Notes: generated by a model from the sequence alone, not told the origin. A stretch of DNA of 64,000 bases from Cyanophora paradoxa CCMP329 (GCA_004431415.1 QPMI01000658.1:124001-188000), one strand, 5' to 3'; counted from the first letter of the stretch, positions 13,551 to 26,683 are shown. A program made the numbers and translations.

Positions 13551-15242
13551 CCGTAATGCAGAATATTAAGGTCTGCACTTTATTATGTCGTCCCGAAATT
13601 ATGTCGCCTAAAACTCGGCAAAACGACATAATTTGGGGACGTCATAATACGTGCACGCTAAGTCGCCCCGGGCGGAGTTGAACCCTTGCGCCCTCCAGCC
13701 TCGGCGCGGGAACAGCGAGCGCTAGCGACGATGAAGCAGAAGGCCGAAGGCAAAGGCTTGTTCGGTAAGGACAAGGTGCCGAAGTTGCAGCAATCGATCA
13801 CCAAGCTGTTCAACGTGCTGCCGAAGGTCGAGAAGCCCTTGCCGCGGGGCGCGCTCGACGCCAGCAAAGCCAGCACGCCTGAGCAGGCTGCCTTCCGCAA
13901 GCGCGTTGCTAGCGAGCTTGAGAAGCGCGAAGCGAAGCGTCGGGCCGCCGCCGCGTCGCGGCTGCCGAAAACGCGCTGTTCATCCTCGCGCGAGTACAAG
14001 TCGTTCGCTGCTGCTCTTGCGCTCAGTTTTGTGGCCAGCGACGCACTGGAGCATTTAGAACGCGTGCAGTCTATCCTTTCAGATCACAAGCGAGCGCTCG
14101 CGGAGGGCCAGCAGCAGACGCCGCCCGTGGCGCCCACTATGGCCGAGAAAGACGCCGCTTTCCTCAGGTTCCTGGCTGAGCGCTCCGGGCTCGCGGTTCC
14201 CGCGTACGCATCTCTGCCTAAGCAGCTTCCCGACGAGCGGTCCCTGCAGCGCTGGGCGAAGCAGCTAAAGGAACAGCTAATACCTTCGCGCCTCACTCGA
14301 TGTCGCAGTCGAGAAGGTGCTGGTCCCGTGGCGCGACGAGGTTCGGGCGCGCGCCGAGAACCCGGACCTGCGGCCAGTTATCGTGCTCGACAACCACGTC
14401 TCGCACACGAAGAACACGAAGTACATGGAGGAAAGAGGCTTCACGCTCCTCTGGCTGCCCCCCCGCTGCAGCTGTGCGCCTCCGGATCACACCCGCGCAC
14501 GCGCGCGCAGCTAAGCGGTTCCTGCGCAGCGGCGCTTCAGCCCCTCGACCAAGCATTCAACAAGGCGGTCAAGGAGATGATGCGGAGGGAGCTGGCGCTG
14601 TACCTGGTCGAGCTGCGCCGGCGCCGCAAGGTCGCCGATGAGCGGGTCGCGGACGGCACCCGGGTCGCGGACGCGGCGGCGGAGTCTGCAGCTATCAGGA
14701 ACAAGTTCGGAACCTTGCCGCAGGCCCGCGAGCGCTCGGTGGCATGGCTGGCCAAGATCTGGAACAAGATCAGCGACGAGCTCGGGCCGATGGTGCAGGG
14801 CTGCTGGCGCAAGACCGGCTTCTACAACGCTGCGTGGCCTGGGCGGGCGGGCGGCGAGGCGCCGGCCGCGGAAGCGACTTCCGCGGAAGCGACTGCCGAC
14901 GAGCCCGACATCGAGAACGAGTCCGATGTAAGCGACACCGGCCTCAGCGACGCGGAGGAGCTGTCGAGCTCCAGCGACAGCGAGGACGAGGACGAGGAGA
15001 CCTTCGGCAACGAGGACGCCTAGCTAGCTAGCTAAGTCCGACCCTGGCCTCTGAAAGACTAGAACCCAGGACTCTCAGCAGTTGTTGGTCAAGATTTCTG
15101 ACACCCCCCCCCCCAATTTTACCGCCCCATACAAGGCTGAAAATTTCATGCCGACATAATTTGGGGACGTCATAATTCGCATAGAGAAGGCTCGGGTTTT
15201 AAAACGACATAAATTTGCATGACATAATATTGTGTATTACGG
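13551..15242 (+). mobile_element. pogo-like (Tc1/mariner superfamily) DNA transposon, internally deleted
   Basis: TIRs CCGTAATGCAGAATATTA (13551) and TAATATTGTGTATTACGG (ends 15242); TA target duplication at 13549-50 and 15243-44; subterminal ATTATGTCG/CGACATAAT repeats at both ends; DDE_1-type remnant inside. Confidence 0.9.
13731..15023 (+). pseudogene. Defective DDE_1 (pogo/Tigger-type) transposase
   Basis: VIVLDNHVSH..FTLLWLPPRCS-[intron 14474-14529]-SALQPLDQAFNKAVK..GCWRKTG with an acidic tail. The frame breaks near 14278 and the first catalytic Asp region is absent. Confidence 0.85.
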
Positions 15243-15995
15243 TACGTGCACCGACCGTGCACGGTGGACCGTCAACATCGCGGACTCGCGGTCCCGGCCG
15301 GCGTCACCGACTCACCGTCCCGGCCGTCCCGGCGGTCCCGCCGTGACGGCGCCGTCCCGGGGCCCGGCCGCCCGGGTACGTCTCCTCCGAGGCTCGCGAA
15401 TGATCCGAATCGGAAAAAAAGAGCTTGACTGCGGTACTCGGTAGCTCGCGCAACGGAGCTATCGGATTCGGAGGTTTCTTCGGAGCTCTCGAGCGGGGGG
15501 GGCGAGTCCGGGGGGACGCGGATCTGCGTCACGGCGATCCCGGCGACCGCCGGACGCAGGAAGCAATCTGCAGTGTAACACTGTAACTGCCGCTGGCTTC
15601 GGAGCGGGACACGTAAACCGCGGTGCGTGCTCCGGAAATTCGGCTCGAATTCTCTAGCGCGAGCGCTCTCTACCTAGCGAGCGCTTTAGTCTTGTTTGTC
15701 AGTTGCAGCAACCGACCGCGGGCCGGGAATCGCGACCTGAAGCGTGCGCCAGCCGCCGGCGCCCCGCCCGGCCGCCCGGCCGGCAGGCTCGCTAAACGTG
15801 CCAAAAGCCTAAGTGTCGCGCGTACGCATACATTCGAATTCGTGCTCGGCAGTGCGTGGGCCGGGCCGGGACGTTTTAGACTGATAGCTGGCCCCGAGCC
15901 GGGGCCTGCAATTCTCCGCCCTAGCCTGCCGGCCGCGGCCGCCGCTGACCCGCCCGCATCCGCGTACGTACGCAGGGTCGCTCACTTCGAAGGAA

Positions 15996-17188
15996 ATGGG
16001 GCGTCGCGTCAGCGGGGGGCTCGCCCTGGGCGCCCTCCTCCTCCTCCTCTCGGCCTGTCTGGCCCTGGCCCAAGTCCCTGCGGACGCGCCCGCCGAAGCC
16101 CCGCGCCCGATCCTCGACGCGGAACTCGTGCGTCGACGCCCTCCCCGGCCCGGCCCGCCGGCCGGCCCGCTCAACTTTCGGAATGGGCCGCCGGGCTGCG
16201 ACGCTTGACCCGATTGAGCGGACGTTTGCGCTGACGTCGCCGAGAGCTGGCTTTTACATCATAGAGTTTCATTTTGAGCCCCAAGGAAGAATTTAGAGCG
16301 TCGAGATTCCCGCGTCACCCGGTCTTTTTGGATTTCTAAACGCGGGCCGGCCGGGCGCAGCCGAAATGCAAGGATCTGGCGCCCAGCGCGGAGAAGGCGT
16401 GCTACCCCAGTGCGCAGAGCAGACGCCGCCCCTCCCTCTCTCATTCTTCAGACTTGTCATTCTTCTGCAGCCGCTTACGACCTCTTCGCGACCGGCGCGC
16501 GGGTCTTCGGCATCGACGACGCGTGCACGAACAAGCAGCCGGCCAACAACTACACCACCGCCGGCGGCCAGGGCATCGACAGGCCGCAGGCCGGCCTCAA
16601 GATGCGCCGCGTCAACCGCGTCGTGATCAAGGGCCGCTCGAACGCCGGGCCGTGCGCCCGCCCCACCCCCCGGCCCCGCCCCGGGCCCCCCGGCCCTGCC
16701 CGCCCTTCCGATCCCGAGCTGATCCGAGCTCTCCGGCCGCCGCAGGAACTTCTGGACCTACAACGCGAGTGCGTGACGTCCGTCGCGATCGCCGCCTCCG
16801 GCTCCGACTCCGACGTCGACGCGCAATCGATTGCGCCGGCCACGGCCAACACAATGCTGATCCTGTACCCCGCCCGCCCGCAGACATGCGCGCCGTCCTC
16901 CATCCCATCGCCCTCAAGGACGGCGACGCCGACGCGACAGGGGACGCCCTCGCGGCCAAGTACAAGTGCCGCATGCCCCCGTGAGCCCCTCCCCGCCCCC
17001 GCCCCCGCTCCCGCTCCCGCCCCGTCCCCGGCCCGGCGGTCCCTCGTCTACTTCCCCCCCATGAGCCCCGTACGGCTCGGCCCGGCCGTCCCTTGTCTAC
17101 TTTGCCCCGTCCCCGAGCCCCGTACGGCTCGGCCCGGCCGCCCCGGCCGTGAGCCCCTCCCGCCCCCGCTCCCGCTCCCGCCCCCCCC

Positions 17189-17237
<49 letters not shown>

Positions 17238-17552
17238 CGGCCCCGGCCCCGGCCCCGCTCCCGCCCCGTCCTTCTACTTTGCCGTCCCTCCCCGCCCCGC
17301 CCCGGCCCCGCTCCCGCCCACGCCCGCCCCCCCCACCCACCCCTCCACCCCCCCCCCCCCACACACACACACACCCTCCCGCCCCTACTTTGCCCGCCCC
17401 CGCTTCCGCCCCGCCCCCGCCCCGTCCCCAGCCGTCCCTCGTTTACTTTGCTTTCTCCGACTCGGACTGACCGGCGTCGGCTTTTGGGAACGCAGGGCTC
17501 CCGGCTCGGCCCCCGCCGGGCAGCCGCAGCCGACCCCGGCGCCGGCCCCCGC

Positions 17553-17584
<32 letters not shown>

Positions 17585-20500
17585 TGCGCATGCTCTATTG
17601 CAATAATTAATGTTCAGTGCTTGTAGTTCTGCCGAGACCTTTCATATATGATCATGAGCGCTTACAGTTCTGCCTCCGCAGCCTCCGCAGCAGAAGCGCG
17701 GCCTCCTGCAGACCCCCGCGCCCCAGCAGCAGGCGGCCGGCGCGAGCCCCCCGCCTCCGGTCAACCAGGAGCTCCCGATGTGCTTCGGCATCCTCCGGTG
17801 AGCTGAGCTCGCCGCCGAACTCTTTTAACCAAGACTCTTTTGAAGTCTTTTAACGTTATTATTCACGCATAACGAACTCGAGCTCTTTTAGCCAACACTT
17901 GAGGCCGCAATTTTGAGACAGAACTATATTAATATAATGTATACATACTCATCAACCCACCGAACTCATTATTAACCTAGACTTGATCATGAAGCCGAGC
18001 TCTCCTTTGTGAACGTTGACCCTGGAGCGCAGCGCCTTCCCCAACTGCTCGTACGACGGGACGATCGTCCTCGAGTACTTCTCCCACTTCGCCGGTGCGA
18101 GTTAGATTCTTTATAATGCTTTTATATGCTTTTCATAATGTTTCTATATGCTTTTTAGACTCTCCTGATACATATATGCTTTTCTGATTCCGAGCCCGGT
18201 TTCCCTTCGACGCGCAGGCTCGTTCCGCCTGGACCTCAACCTGACGGTGCCGCATCCGGACGGGAACCCACGCAACATGCCCGCCGACAAGGTGCGCCTT
18301 CTTCTTAAGTTCGAGCCTCCGAACTTGTGTCGACGTCGGGCTCATATCGCCCCCGCCTCAATGCGCAGTCCCCTTTCACGGTCAACGTCAAGCCCGGTCC
18401 GCACTCGCGATCTCCACGCTCTGCTTTAGTATCTCTCGGAGTCTGACGGCGGGGTCGTACGCACGCGTGCAGGCCCCACCGACGCCCGTGCGGGTTTCAC
18501 GGCCCGCGGCATCGACGTCCAGTTCACCGGGTGAGCGCTCCTCTTCATATTTAGATGCATCATGGCATGATCAGCGCCGCCCGAATGTGAACGCTGACCG
18601 CCCTAAATCTCGTGCTTAATCATGATCATATAAGCAGAAGCTCTTGAGCTCTTTATAGCAGAAGCTTAGCGATGCTCAACACTAACTCGCTTCTTCCTGC
18701 AGCATGACGAACATGCCCAAGGCGAATGCGGCCGGCGAGGTAGCCTGCAGCGAGTACTTTGTCGCGGAGACGATAGCGGCCCTCGGGGGAAGCACCGCGC
18801 CACCGGCCTGCAAGTGGCGCACCCCGGATGTCCTCCAGGCACGCCAGCCTTTTCTCTCAAGCTTACGCTTATATATGCTCGAGCTTGGCAAGCCAAGTTA
18901 AAATCTAAGCGAAACTAAAATCTCAATCAATAAGCGAAGCTAAAAGCTAAATTAGCTATAGCATCTTTTATATTTAATTTAACGATGCGCCTATGGCGGC
19001 CGCGGCGCAGATCGACGTGCAGGTCTCGTCCGCCGTCACGATCCAGCAGCAGAAGCCGCCCCAGCTGAGCTTTGTCGCCTCCAACGGCATCTCTGCGACG
19101 GGCTACGCGTCGAACCCGCTCGGCGCCTACGTCGTCCCCGTCATGTCGTTCCAGGAGGCGCAGGCCATCATGCAGGGCGAGCAGAAGCAGCAGGGCGCGC
19201 CGCCGGCGGGCCCCCAGCGCGACGAGAAGACCCTCGTGGGCGCCATCCTCGCCCTGAACCTCAAGCCCCGCTACACCGCCTGCGAGCCGGTCGAGGCCAG
19301 CATCGCCGGCCAGAACAACGGCGGGTCCGCATGCGCACACTCGAATTGCAAATTGATACATGTCCTCTGCTCGCCTCTGTGCTCATCTCTTCGATTCGGG
19401 TCGATCGCTCGCAGGACGATCAAGTGGACTCTCACGAGCAGCAACGCGGAGCTGACGGAGGACGCCAAGAAGGAGCTCGAGAAGGGGGCGGACGGCAAGC
19501 GCCCCAACATGCGCTTCAAGGACCTCAAGTCCGGCACCTACGTCATGTCGGTCAGTTAATTAACGTTAACTGAATTTCGAAGTTGTAAAGTAGCCTTACA
19601 TACTAGAAATTTGGATCCTACCTACAACTAACTAGTGATGCCTCGCTGAACAGGTGACGGTGACGACGCGCACGGCGGGCGTCCTCTCCGCGAACCGCAC
19701 CTTCGAGAAGCTCAGCGGCAACGTCCTCACCGCCTCCGCCTTCGTGCCCTTCACCGAGAAGACCGTCGCCCTCGACGGGACGCGCGTCGTCCTGGACGGG
19801 CGCCCGCAGTACCCCAAGAAGTGCCCGGGCGTGGGGGGCTTCTCCGAGCAGAACCTCACCGAGTCGTACAAGGTCACGTGGCGGCGCGACGCCTCCTCGG
19901 CGGCCTTCGCCGCGAACTCGCCCTGCAAGGAGGACACATGGGAGCGGAACAAGTGGGACGTGACGGACTGCCTCGCGCCGGGCGCCACCTACGTCTTCGT
20001 GTTTAAGGTGGAGGTCAAGGGCTCGGCCGAGGTCGATGAGAAGCGCGTGACGCTGACCGTCATCGCGGGCAAGCCGAGTGCGGTCATCGCCGGGGGCTCG
20101 TCCCGCACGGTCGGCGTCGCCAGCGACGTCGCGGTCGAGATGCGCGCGCCCGACGAGTCGGCCACGTACGCGTGGGCCTGCAAGGGCGCCGACGGCACGA
20201 CCGCCTGCCCCGAGAAGCTGCTGACGGCGCTCGCCGGCGCCAAGGCCAAGGTCTCGATCCCCAAGAACACGCTCACCGAGGCCAACGCCGGCTCCTGGGT
20301 CCTGACCGTCACGGTCACGAAGAACGGCCAGTCGGCGAGCAGCGCCCAGACCCTCGTCTACGTCGCCGGCGAGGTCCCGAACCTGGAGATCAAGGCCAAC
20401 CTGCCCCTCTACGCCCGCCCGGCCGCGGCCTTCGGCCTGAACTTCGGCGTTGGCGGCGTCAAGAAGGAGGACGCCTACACCTTCGCGTGGACGGTCTTCG

Positions 20501-23500
20501 TCACGGAGACCAGCGCCGTCCTCTCCGTCGACGGCATGAAGGACGACGACTACACGAAGCCCGGCCTCCGCTTCCCCCCGAACGCGTGCGGGCCGTGTCT
20601 TCAATTTCCGAATTTCCGCAGCCAAGGCCGACGCGACGTCGTCGGCAGGTTCCGGACGCAGGCGGAGAACGGGCAGGCGATCACCGTCCAGGTGGTGGTC
20701 AACGGCAAGTGGACCCTCCAGCAGGCCGCCTCCTTCGTCAAGCCCCCGACCTGCTCGTGCGCGCTGCCCCGGCCTTCTTCTTTGTTTTCTCGCATATATA
20801 TTTTCGATGCCGGCGCCCGTGCACGTGTGCCCGATTCTAATTCGCGGCTTCTTCAGTTTCTTATATGTTTCTTCAGCTTCTTATATGTGTTCTTATATGT
20901 TTCTTATATGCGCGCCGCAGGTCGTCGCCGTGCTGCACGTACTCGGGCGAGGACAAGCTGTACGCTTCCGTCTCCCAGATCACCGTCGCGTGCTCTGGTG
21001 CGTGAAATTAAACCTCCCGGTCCGCCCTTTAGATCTAGATCAGGCTTCGCCTCGCGTCCGACGGTCTGTCTGCATGCCGCGCGCGGCGTTTGACGCGGCG
21101 CGGCCTCGCGCGCGTGTGCGCAGGCTGGAGCAGCGACAACGAGCTGGGCTACGAGGCGCGCCTGCTGAAGCCGTCCATCACGGACGCGGAGCTCTCGAAC
21201 GCGCTGGTCGTCCTGAACCGCGACTCGTCCCGCCCGCTCGCGCCCCCACTCCCCAACCCGAGCATCACCTTCCGCCTCCCGCCTACGGGATCGACGACCG
21301 CCGCCACGTACCGCGTCCTCGTCGGCGTGGTCGACCTCTTCGGCTCGCGCTCGTACGAGATCGTCTCCATCGCCAACGTCGAGCAGCCGTCCGTCGCCGA
21401 GAAGGCGAGCGAGCCCGTTTTCTACTTCAGGATATATATCTTGCTTTAACTTCTGTAGAAGTCATATTACCCGAAACCTTTTAGCGACTTCCCGCCCCGT
21501 TCTTTCATTCTGGAGTCGGCCGTCGTCTAACGGGGGCTCGCGGTCGGGCGCAGAATGCGTTCTTCGATGAGACCCGCGGCGCCCTCAACGCGTTCGTCAA
21601 GAACCCGACCGGTCCGAAAATCGCCGATTTCCCGAAATCCATCGAAATCGCGCCGGGCCGCGTGCTGACTCTCGCTCGCTCGCGCAGGCGACGTCGACAC
21701 GTGCGCTCGCGATTGATTTTATAATATTTCCGTAATATAGCCGCTAGCTACATAGCGAACGATTAATATATAATATATATAATAGACGAATATAGCCGTA
21801 ATATAATATATAATAGACGCGAACGAATATAGCCGTAATATAATATATAATCGCTGCGTCCTGCGCCGCGTGCTGATCACCGGGCTTTGGGGCGGCAGCG
21901 TCTGGTCCCAGATCTCGCAGCTGAGCGCGGCGACCACGACGGCGAACGCGACCTCGAAGCGCATGCGGCGCATTCTCTCGCTGTCGAGCAGCGGCCGCCG
22001 CCTCCTGCAGTCGACGGCGCAGTCGAACGCGCAGACGATGCTGGCGGCTGCCAAGGCGGCGCTCGACGCCAGCACCGCCACCTCCACCACCCTTCTTTCC
22101 GCCTCGGACAGGTGCCGGGACTTCTCGAAAGCATCTTCCGAAAGCACCTCTCACGCGGCTGACGTGGCTGCAATTTCACTTTGATTGCGACAGCTTCCTC
22201 ACCGCCACGCAGTCGGTGGCGGTCAGGTTCGCCGCCTCTGCGGCCCCAGTCGCTCGCTAGCGCTGGCGCCGCCATGACGCGCGGGGCGGGGCGGCAGCGG
22301 CGTCAACGTGAACCTTCTCGATGTCTCGCCCGCCACGACTCTGCTCGACGCCATCGTCACCGGCGTCACCGTGCGCCCCATCTGCTATATATATATATAG
22401 CTACCCGCACCCCACGCCACTTCACCCGCGGCCGACGCTGCAACTGATCATGATCATGGCGCCCGAAATTGACGGACGGAAATTGACGGAAATTGACGCC
22501 CCCGCGCGCGCGCAGAAATTGGCGGACGCGTCGGAGCAGGCGACGGTCTGCAGCTCGTCGCTGCCGAACCAGCTCGTCATCGGCGCCGGCTTCGTCCTCG
22601 GCGGTGCGTGCTACGTATAAGATAGATAAAATCTACCAAATCTATAGCTAGATCTTCTAGAAGATACAGAGATGTTGTTTGAAATCGGTGCGCGCGCACC
22701 AAATCTAGATTTCCCTCGAAATTCCCCCTAGATCTAGATAGATCATCCTCGGCGGTGCGCGCCCGCATCAAATCGAATCTAGATCTTCTAGAAGATACAG
22801 AGATGTTGTTTGAAATCTAGATCTTCTGTTCTAAAGATCGAATCTAGATCTTCTGTTCTTCTGCTTAATCGAATCTATATCTTCTAATCGAATCTAGATC
22901 TTCTGTTCTACAGATTTCGTTCGAAATTCTGAGTTCTGAGTTCTCGGCAGGCACGACGAGCTACGCAAGCCTGAGCCCCCAGACGGCGGTGTACGCCAAG
23001 CTGACGGCGCTCGCCAACTGGCTCAGCAGCACCTGCCTGACCGCGGACGCGGCGGCGAGCGCCTACCCCGCGACCGAGTCGAACCTGCTGAGCAGCGTCC
23101 GCTCGCTCCTGTACATGGAGGTCCGCAAAGTCTAATTACTGTTTCTACCAAGTTTACGACGATAACCTATGTGTATTTTTATCCTTTATTCTAATCGATA
23201 ATATGCATGATAGGTCCGCCGCGTCACGACCGCCGCCACGGGCCTCGGCACCGCCACGGACTACACGCTGCCGCCCGCGGCCATCACCTTCACGCCCGCC
23301 GTGCGTCCTTCGATCCGAATTTCACGAATTTGAATTTCGTGCCGTCCTCTGACGGGCGGTTTCACGTCGACAGAGCTCGTGCCCGCGCGTGGTTGTCAAG
23401 CTCCCCGCGGCACTCGCCTCGGCCACCACCGAGACGAGTGCGTTGCCCCGCCCGGCCGCGGCCCGGCCCGCTTTTGATTTCCATACGATTTCGCCGCAGC

Positions 23501-24066
23501 CGTTACTGTTGTTCACCTGCACACTTGCAACGCGCGCTTCTACGGGAAGGCCACCGGCAGCGCCTTCGTCAGCGGCGCCTGGTCGTTATCGCCCGTCGTC
23601 GGCGTCTCGCTCCGCAAGACGGACGGCACCGAGATCGCCGTCAACTCTGTCAGCACCAACGTCACGCTGGCGATGGCGCCCGCCGCCGCCGCCGTCACCG
23701 GCATGCACTCCTCCCGCGACGGCGCCGCGGTCCGCTCCTTTCATCTGACCCAAAGAGCCTTTATATGTAAATGCATTTAGTAAAAAAATCTAAACGTGCA
23801 TGTTCGGGCAGGTTTTCGCCGTCGACGGCCTCTCGGGCGCGGCGTCGGACGCCAGCGCGACGGGCACGGCGGGCCACCTGACGGACTTCGCGTTCACGTC
23901 GGCGACCAGCACGCAGAGCTCCTCGCAGCAGGCGGGCACGACCACCGGTACCGGCACGACGACGAACACGACGACGACGCCCAAGAACGCGGCCGGCGCC
24001 CTCGGGGCCGGGTTCCTCCCGACGTTCTTCGCCGCCGCCCTCGCCCTCGCCATGCTGGCGCTGTAG
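15996..24066 (+). CDS. Secreted polycystin-1/REJ-like surface protein with GAIN/GPS motif and C-terminal GPI-type hydrophobic tail; many exons
   Basis: Signal peptide MGRRVSGGLALGALLLLLSACLALAQ. REJ-like exons (LAPGATYVFVFKVEV, PSAVIAGGSSRTVG, TYAWAC, YRVLVGVVDLFGS). GAIN-B-like SPVVGVSLRKTDGTEIAVNSVSTNVTL; GHLTDFAF with HLTDFA at 23875-23892; Thr-rich spacer; terminal NAAGALGAGFLPTFFAAALALAMLAL-stop. Confidence 0.8.
16981..17400. repeat. Intronic low-complexity block: poly-C, (CA)n and a repeated GAGCCCCGTACGGCTCGGCCCGGCCG unit
   Basis: Seen directly within an intron of the REJ-like gene. Confidence 0.8.
21719..21850. repeat. AT-rich intronic tandem repeat (AATATAGCCG(TA) / ATATAATATATAAT units)
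   Basis: About three imperfect copies visible. Confidence 0.75.
22620..22925. repeat. Intronic tandem repeat of AATCTAGATCTTCT-type units
   Basis: Multiple imperfect copies; TAGATCTTCTAGAAGATACAGAGATGTTGTTTGAAATC occurs twice. Confidence 0.75.
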
Positions 24067-25140
24067 ATCTCGATCTAGGCGAATTATTGAGATTCAATGA
24101 TTGGTGAGTACTAAATTACAGCTACCGCTGTGTTTCGTTTTCGGGTTTCGGTGTCATATTTAAATTCGAAAGCCTGAGCAGAGTCTGCATCTGTTCGGCT
24201 CAACCGTTGAACCCGATTAAACTAGGGGGAGCGATTGGCGAGAGATCTAGACCGAAGCGCTTGACACGAGCTAGTACGCATCGTAATGCAAATCTAATAT
24301 AATGCTCAGTCTCTCGCGGACGCGGTACAAAATTTTCCTAGATGTAAGGCCATACAAAGGCGACGAGGAAAAGGCCAGTTTCGCGGCGAGCTAGCCGAGC
24401 TAGCATGCGCGCAGCGCGCCCGGTCGGCGTCTTATTGCCCCAGCGTTCGAATCCCGGGAAGGGCAGTTGGAGGGAGCGGGGGGGCCTGGGCGGGCCTTGA
24501 GCTGCCTTGGGCTGAAGAGGGGGCCGGGGCGCAGCGACCTCCGAGCTCGAGGCCAACTTTCGCGCGGCGAGGTTCTGGCGGGAGACCAAAAATGTTTTTC
24601 ATCTCGGCTGATCTAAAACGCACTTCCTACCTGCCCGGTCTCGCGCCAGTCACTCGCTGTGCTCCGCTTTAATTTAATTTCGGCTGGACTTGAATGGCAT
24701 TTTTCGATCAACGACCGATCATATGCATGACCCATCATCCCGAGTCGCGACCCATCGCGACCGTCGGACACGCGATCGCGAGTCGTAAGTTACTCCGAAC
24801 TTACTCGTAACTTAAGAGTCCGACGGTCGTACTGCCGTAAGTTACTCGTGAGTCGTAAGTTTCGTAACACGTGCAGTGGTCGTGCAGTGGACGTGCACTG
24901 AGTGCCACACTGCCACTGATTCAGTGACTACCTGTAACAGTAAGTTGGGGGCTGTAAGTTGCCTGTAAGGCTGTAACTAGTAATATAATTACAATTACAA
25001 TAGACTGCAACTGCAAGCGGCCGGTTCGGAAAACTTCGAGGTTTCAGAGGCCTAAAAGCACGTCTGAATCTGTAAGATGTGCAAATCTACTCGATTTCAA
25101 AAGTTTAGATCGGCGCGGAGGGGCCGGCGGCCGGGCGGGC

Positions 25141-25690
25141 AGGGGGGCGGGGCGGGCGCACGGCCCGGCGTTCGAGCGCTACGAGTTATGGGCCTTAGGC
25201 GGAGTTTCCTGGCGAACTGGGGCCAAACTCCAGGGGCCTGAAGCGGCTGGCAGATCTTGCCCTTATGTAAATTAGCTACCGGGTAGGTTCTAGTAGCCTC
25301 CTGGTACAGTCCTAGTAACCGCCGGCTAGTAAGTTAGCAGTAACTGCCAACAGCAGCTTTTATATAGCATGTGAAATATACCGGCACGTGCCCAATCGGA
25401 AAACACTGGCATTTTCAAGTCGAATTAGTACGGGGACCTCGACGGTCCCAGCGCAGTACTAATTTGAGTCAAAAGGTGTTCCCAGTCTAAAACTCGGCCG
25501 AGTTTTAGTCAATCGACTTGACTCGGAAAAAGTTTGTATGGCGGAAACTGCGCCTAAGGCCCATAACTCGTAGCGCGAGCGGCCCTTGATCACGACGCGG
25601 TTGACGCGGCGCATCTTGAGGCCGGCCTGCGGCCTGTCGATGCCCTGGCCGCCGGCGGTGGTGACTCAGTGAAGTTGTTGGCCGGCTGTC
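25141..25690 (-). pseudogene. Inverted relic of a paralog of an early exon of the REJ/GAIN gene, split by a TIR element
   Basis: The reverse complement of 25576-25688 plus 25150-25176 matches 16536-16665 (QPANN..TTAGGQGIDRPQAGLKMRRVNRVVIKGRSNAGP and the GTGCGCCC donor). Confidence 0.85.
25177..25575. mobile_element. 399-bp non-autonomous TIR element (superfamily unassigned)
   Basis: TIR of about 33 bp, CGCTACGAGTTATGGGCCTTAGGCG(G/C)AGTTTCC. TSD CGAG at 25173-76 and 25576-79, or 2-bp GA if the termini are one base longer. The uninterrupted sequence is the exon at about 16630-16650. Confidence 0.9.
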
Positions 25691-26418
25691 TAGTCGGCGT
25701 CGGCGTCGACCGGTCGAGTCGTCGACGTCGACGGTCGACGTCGACTCGGCGACGCCGTCGAGTCGCGACTCGCGAGTCTCGCGACTCGCGAATCGCGATC
25801 GGCGAAGTACGTTGCTGCTTTCGAGAGGAATTTTATTTCAAATTTTCCGACCTCCGACTCGGGCTCCGAGGAGCGGGGAAAGGTCGAACTTGAAAGGTTG
25901 AGTCAACATGTGCGATTTAATTCCAAGTTCATAGACGTGACGCGGCTGACTCAGTGACGCCAACTTGAAATCACTGAGTCACTGATCATATGCATATGAC
26001 GGGGTGGATAATAATTTAAGATTTATGTGCCATTGGCAGTGACTTATAAATTAGAGACTCATCACTGCCAGGCTGATTAAATATTGACACGGCCCATTAA
26101 TTGAACGTAAAATGTCGGACCGTCTCGATCTCGGAAGTCGATCCGACGTCCGACGGTACCGGTCGAGTCGGGTCGACGCCGGACGTACCGTTAGTGGTCC
26201 GTCATCGGCGTCACGTACCGTGACGTACGACGTCGACGACGACGTCGCGACTCGCGAGTCGCGACCGGTAATCGGTGTACTAATCACTCAGTGATCATGA
26301 GTCACTGAGTAGCACTGATCATGAGTACTAATCAGTGCTCCGTAGCCCTAGACAGTCCCCTAGTAGTACCGAGTACTACGGCGAGTAGTACCGGTACCGC
26401 CGGGCCGGTATCATACTA

Positions 26419-26683
26419 CCGTAAAACACAATATTAATTCGCACGATATTAGTTCGTTTTTAGACCCGGACCCCGACCATAGTAATTAGTTCGGTCTCAA
26501 ATTAGTGCTTTATTCGTTTTCAGTGTATGGGGCGGGGGGTACACGTTGTACCCCGTACCCCACCAGCATTTTCTTAGCGTCCTGTAATTAGTGCGGTCTC
26601 AAATTAGTGCGTTTTTACGGCAAAAAACGCACTAATTTGGTACCGAACTAATATTATGCGCGAACTAATATTCTGTCTTACGG
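26419..26683. mobile_element. 265-bp pogo-type MITE
   Basis: TA|CCGTAAAACACAATATTAATTCG ... CGAACTAATATTCTGTCTTACGG|TA; internal ATTAGTTCG/AATTAGTGC repeats; termini resemble the 13551-15242 element. Confidence 0.88.

Noticed and set aside
21719-22925. Repeat clusters as a CRISPR-like array
   Set aside because: Irregular intronic tandem repeats with no unique spacers and no cas genes, in a eukaryotic context.
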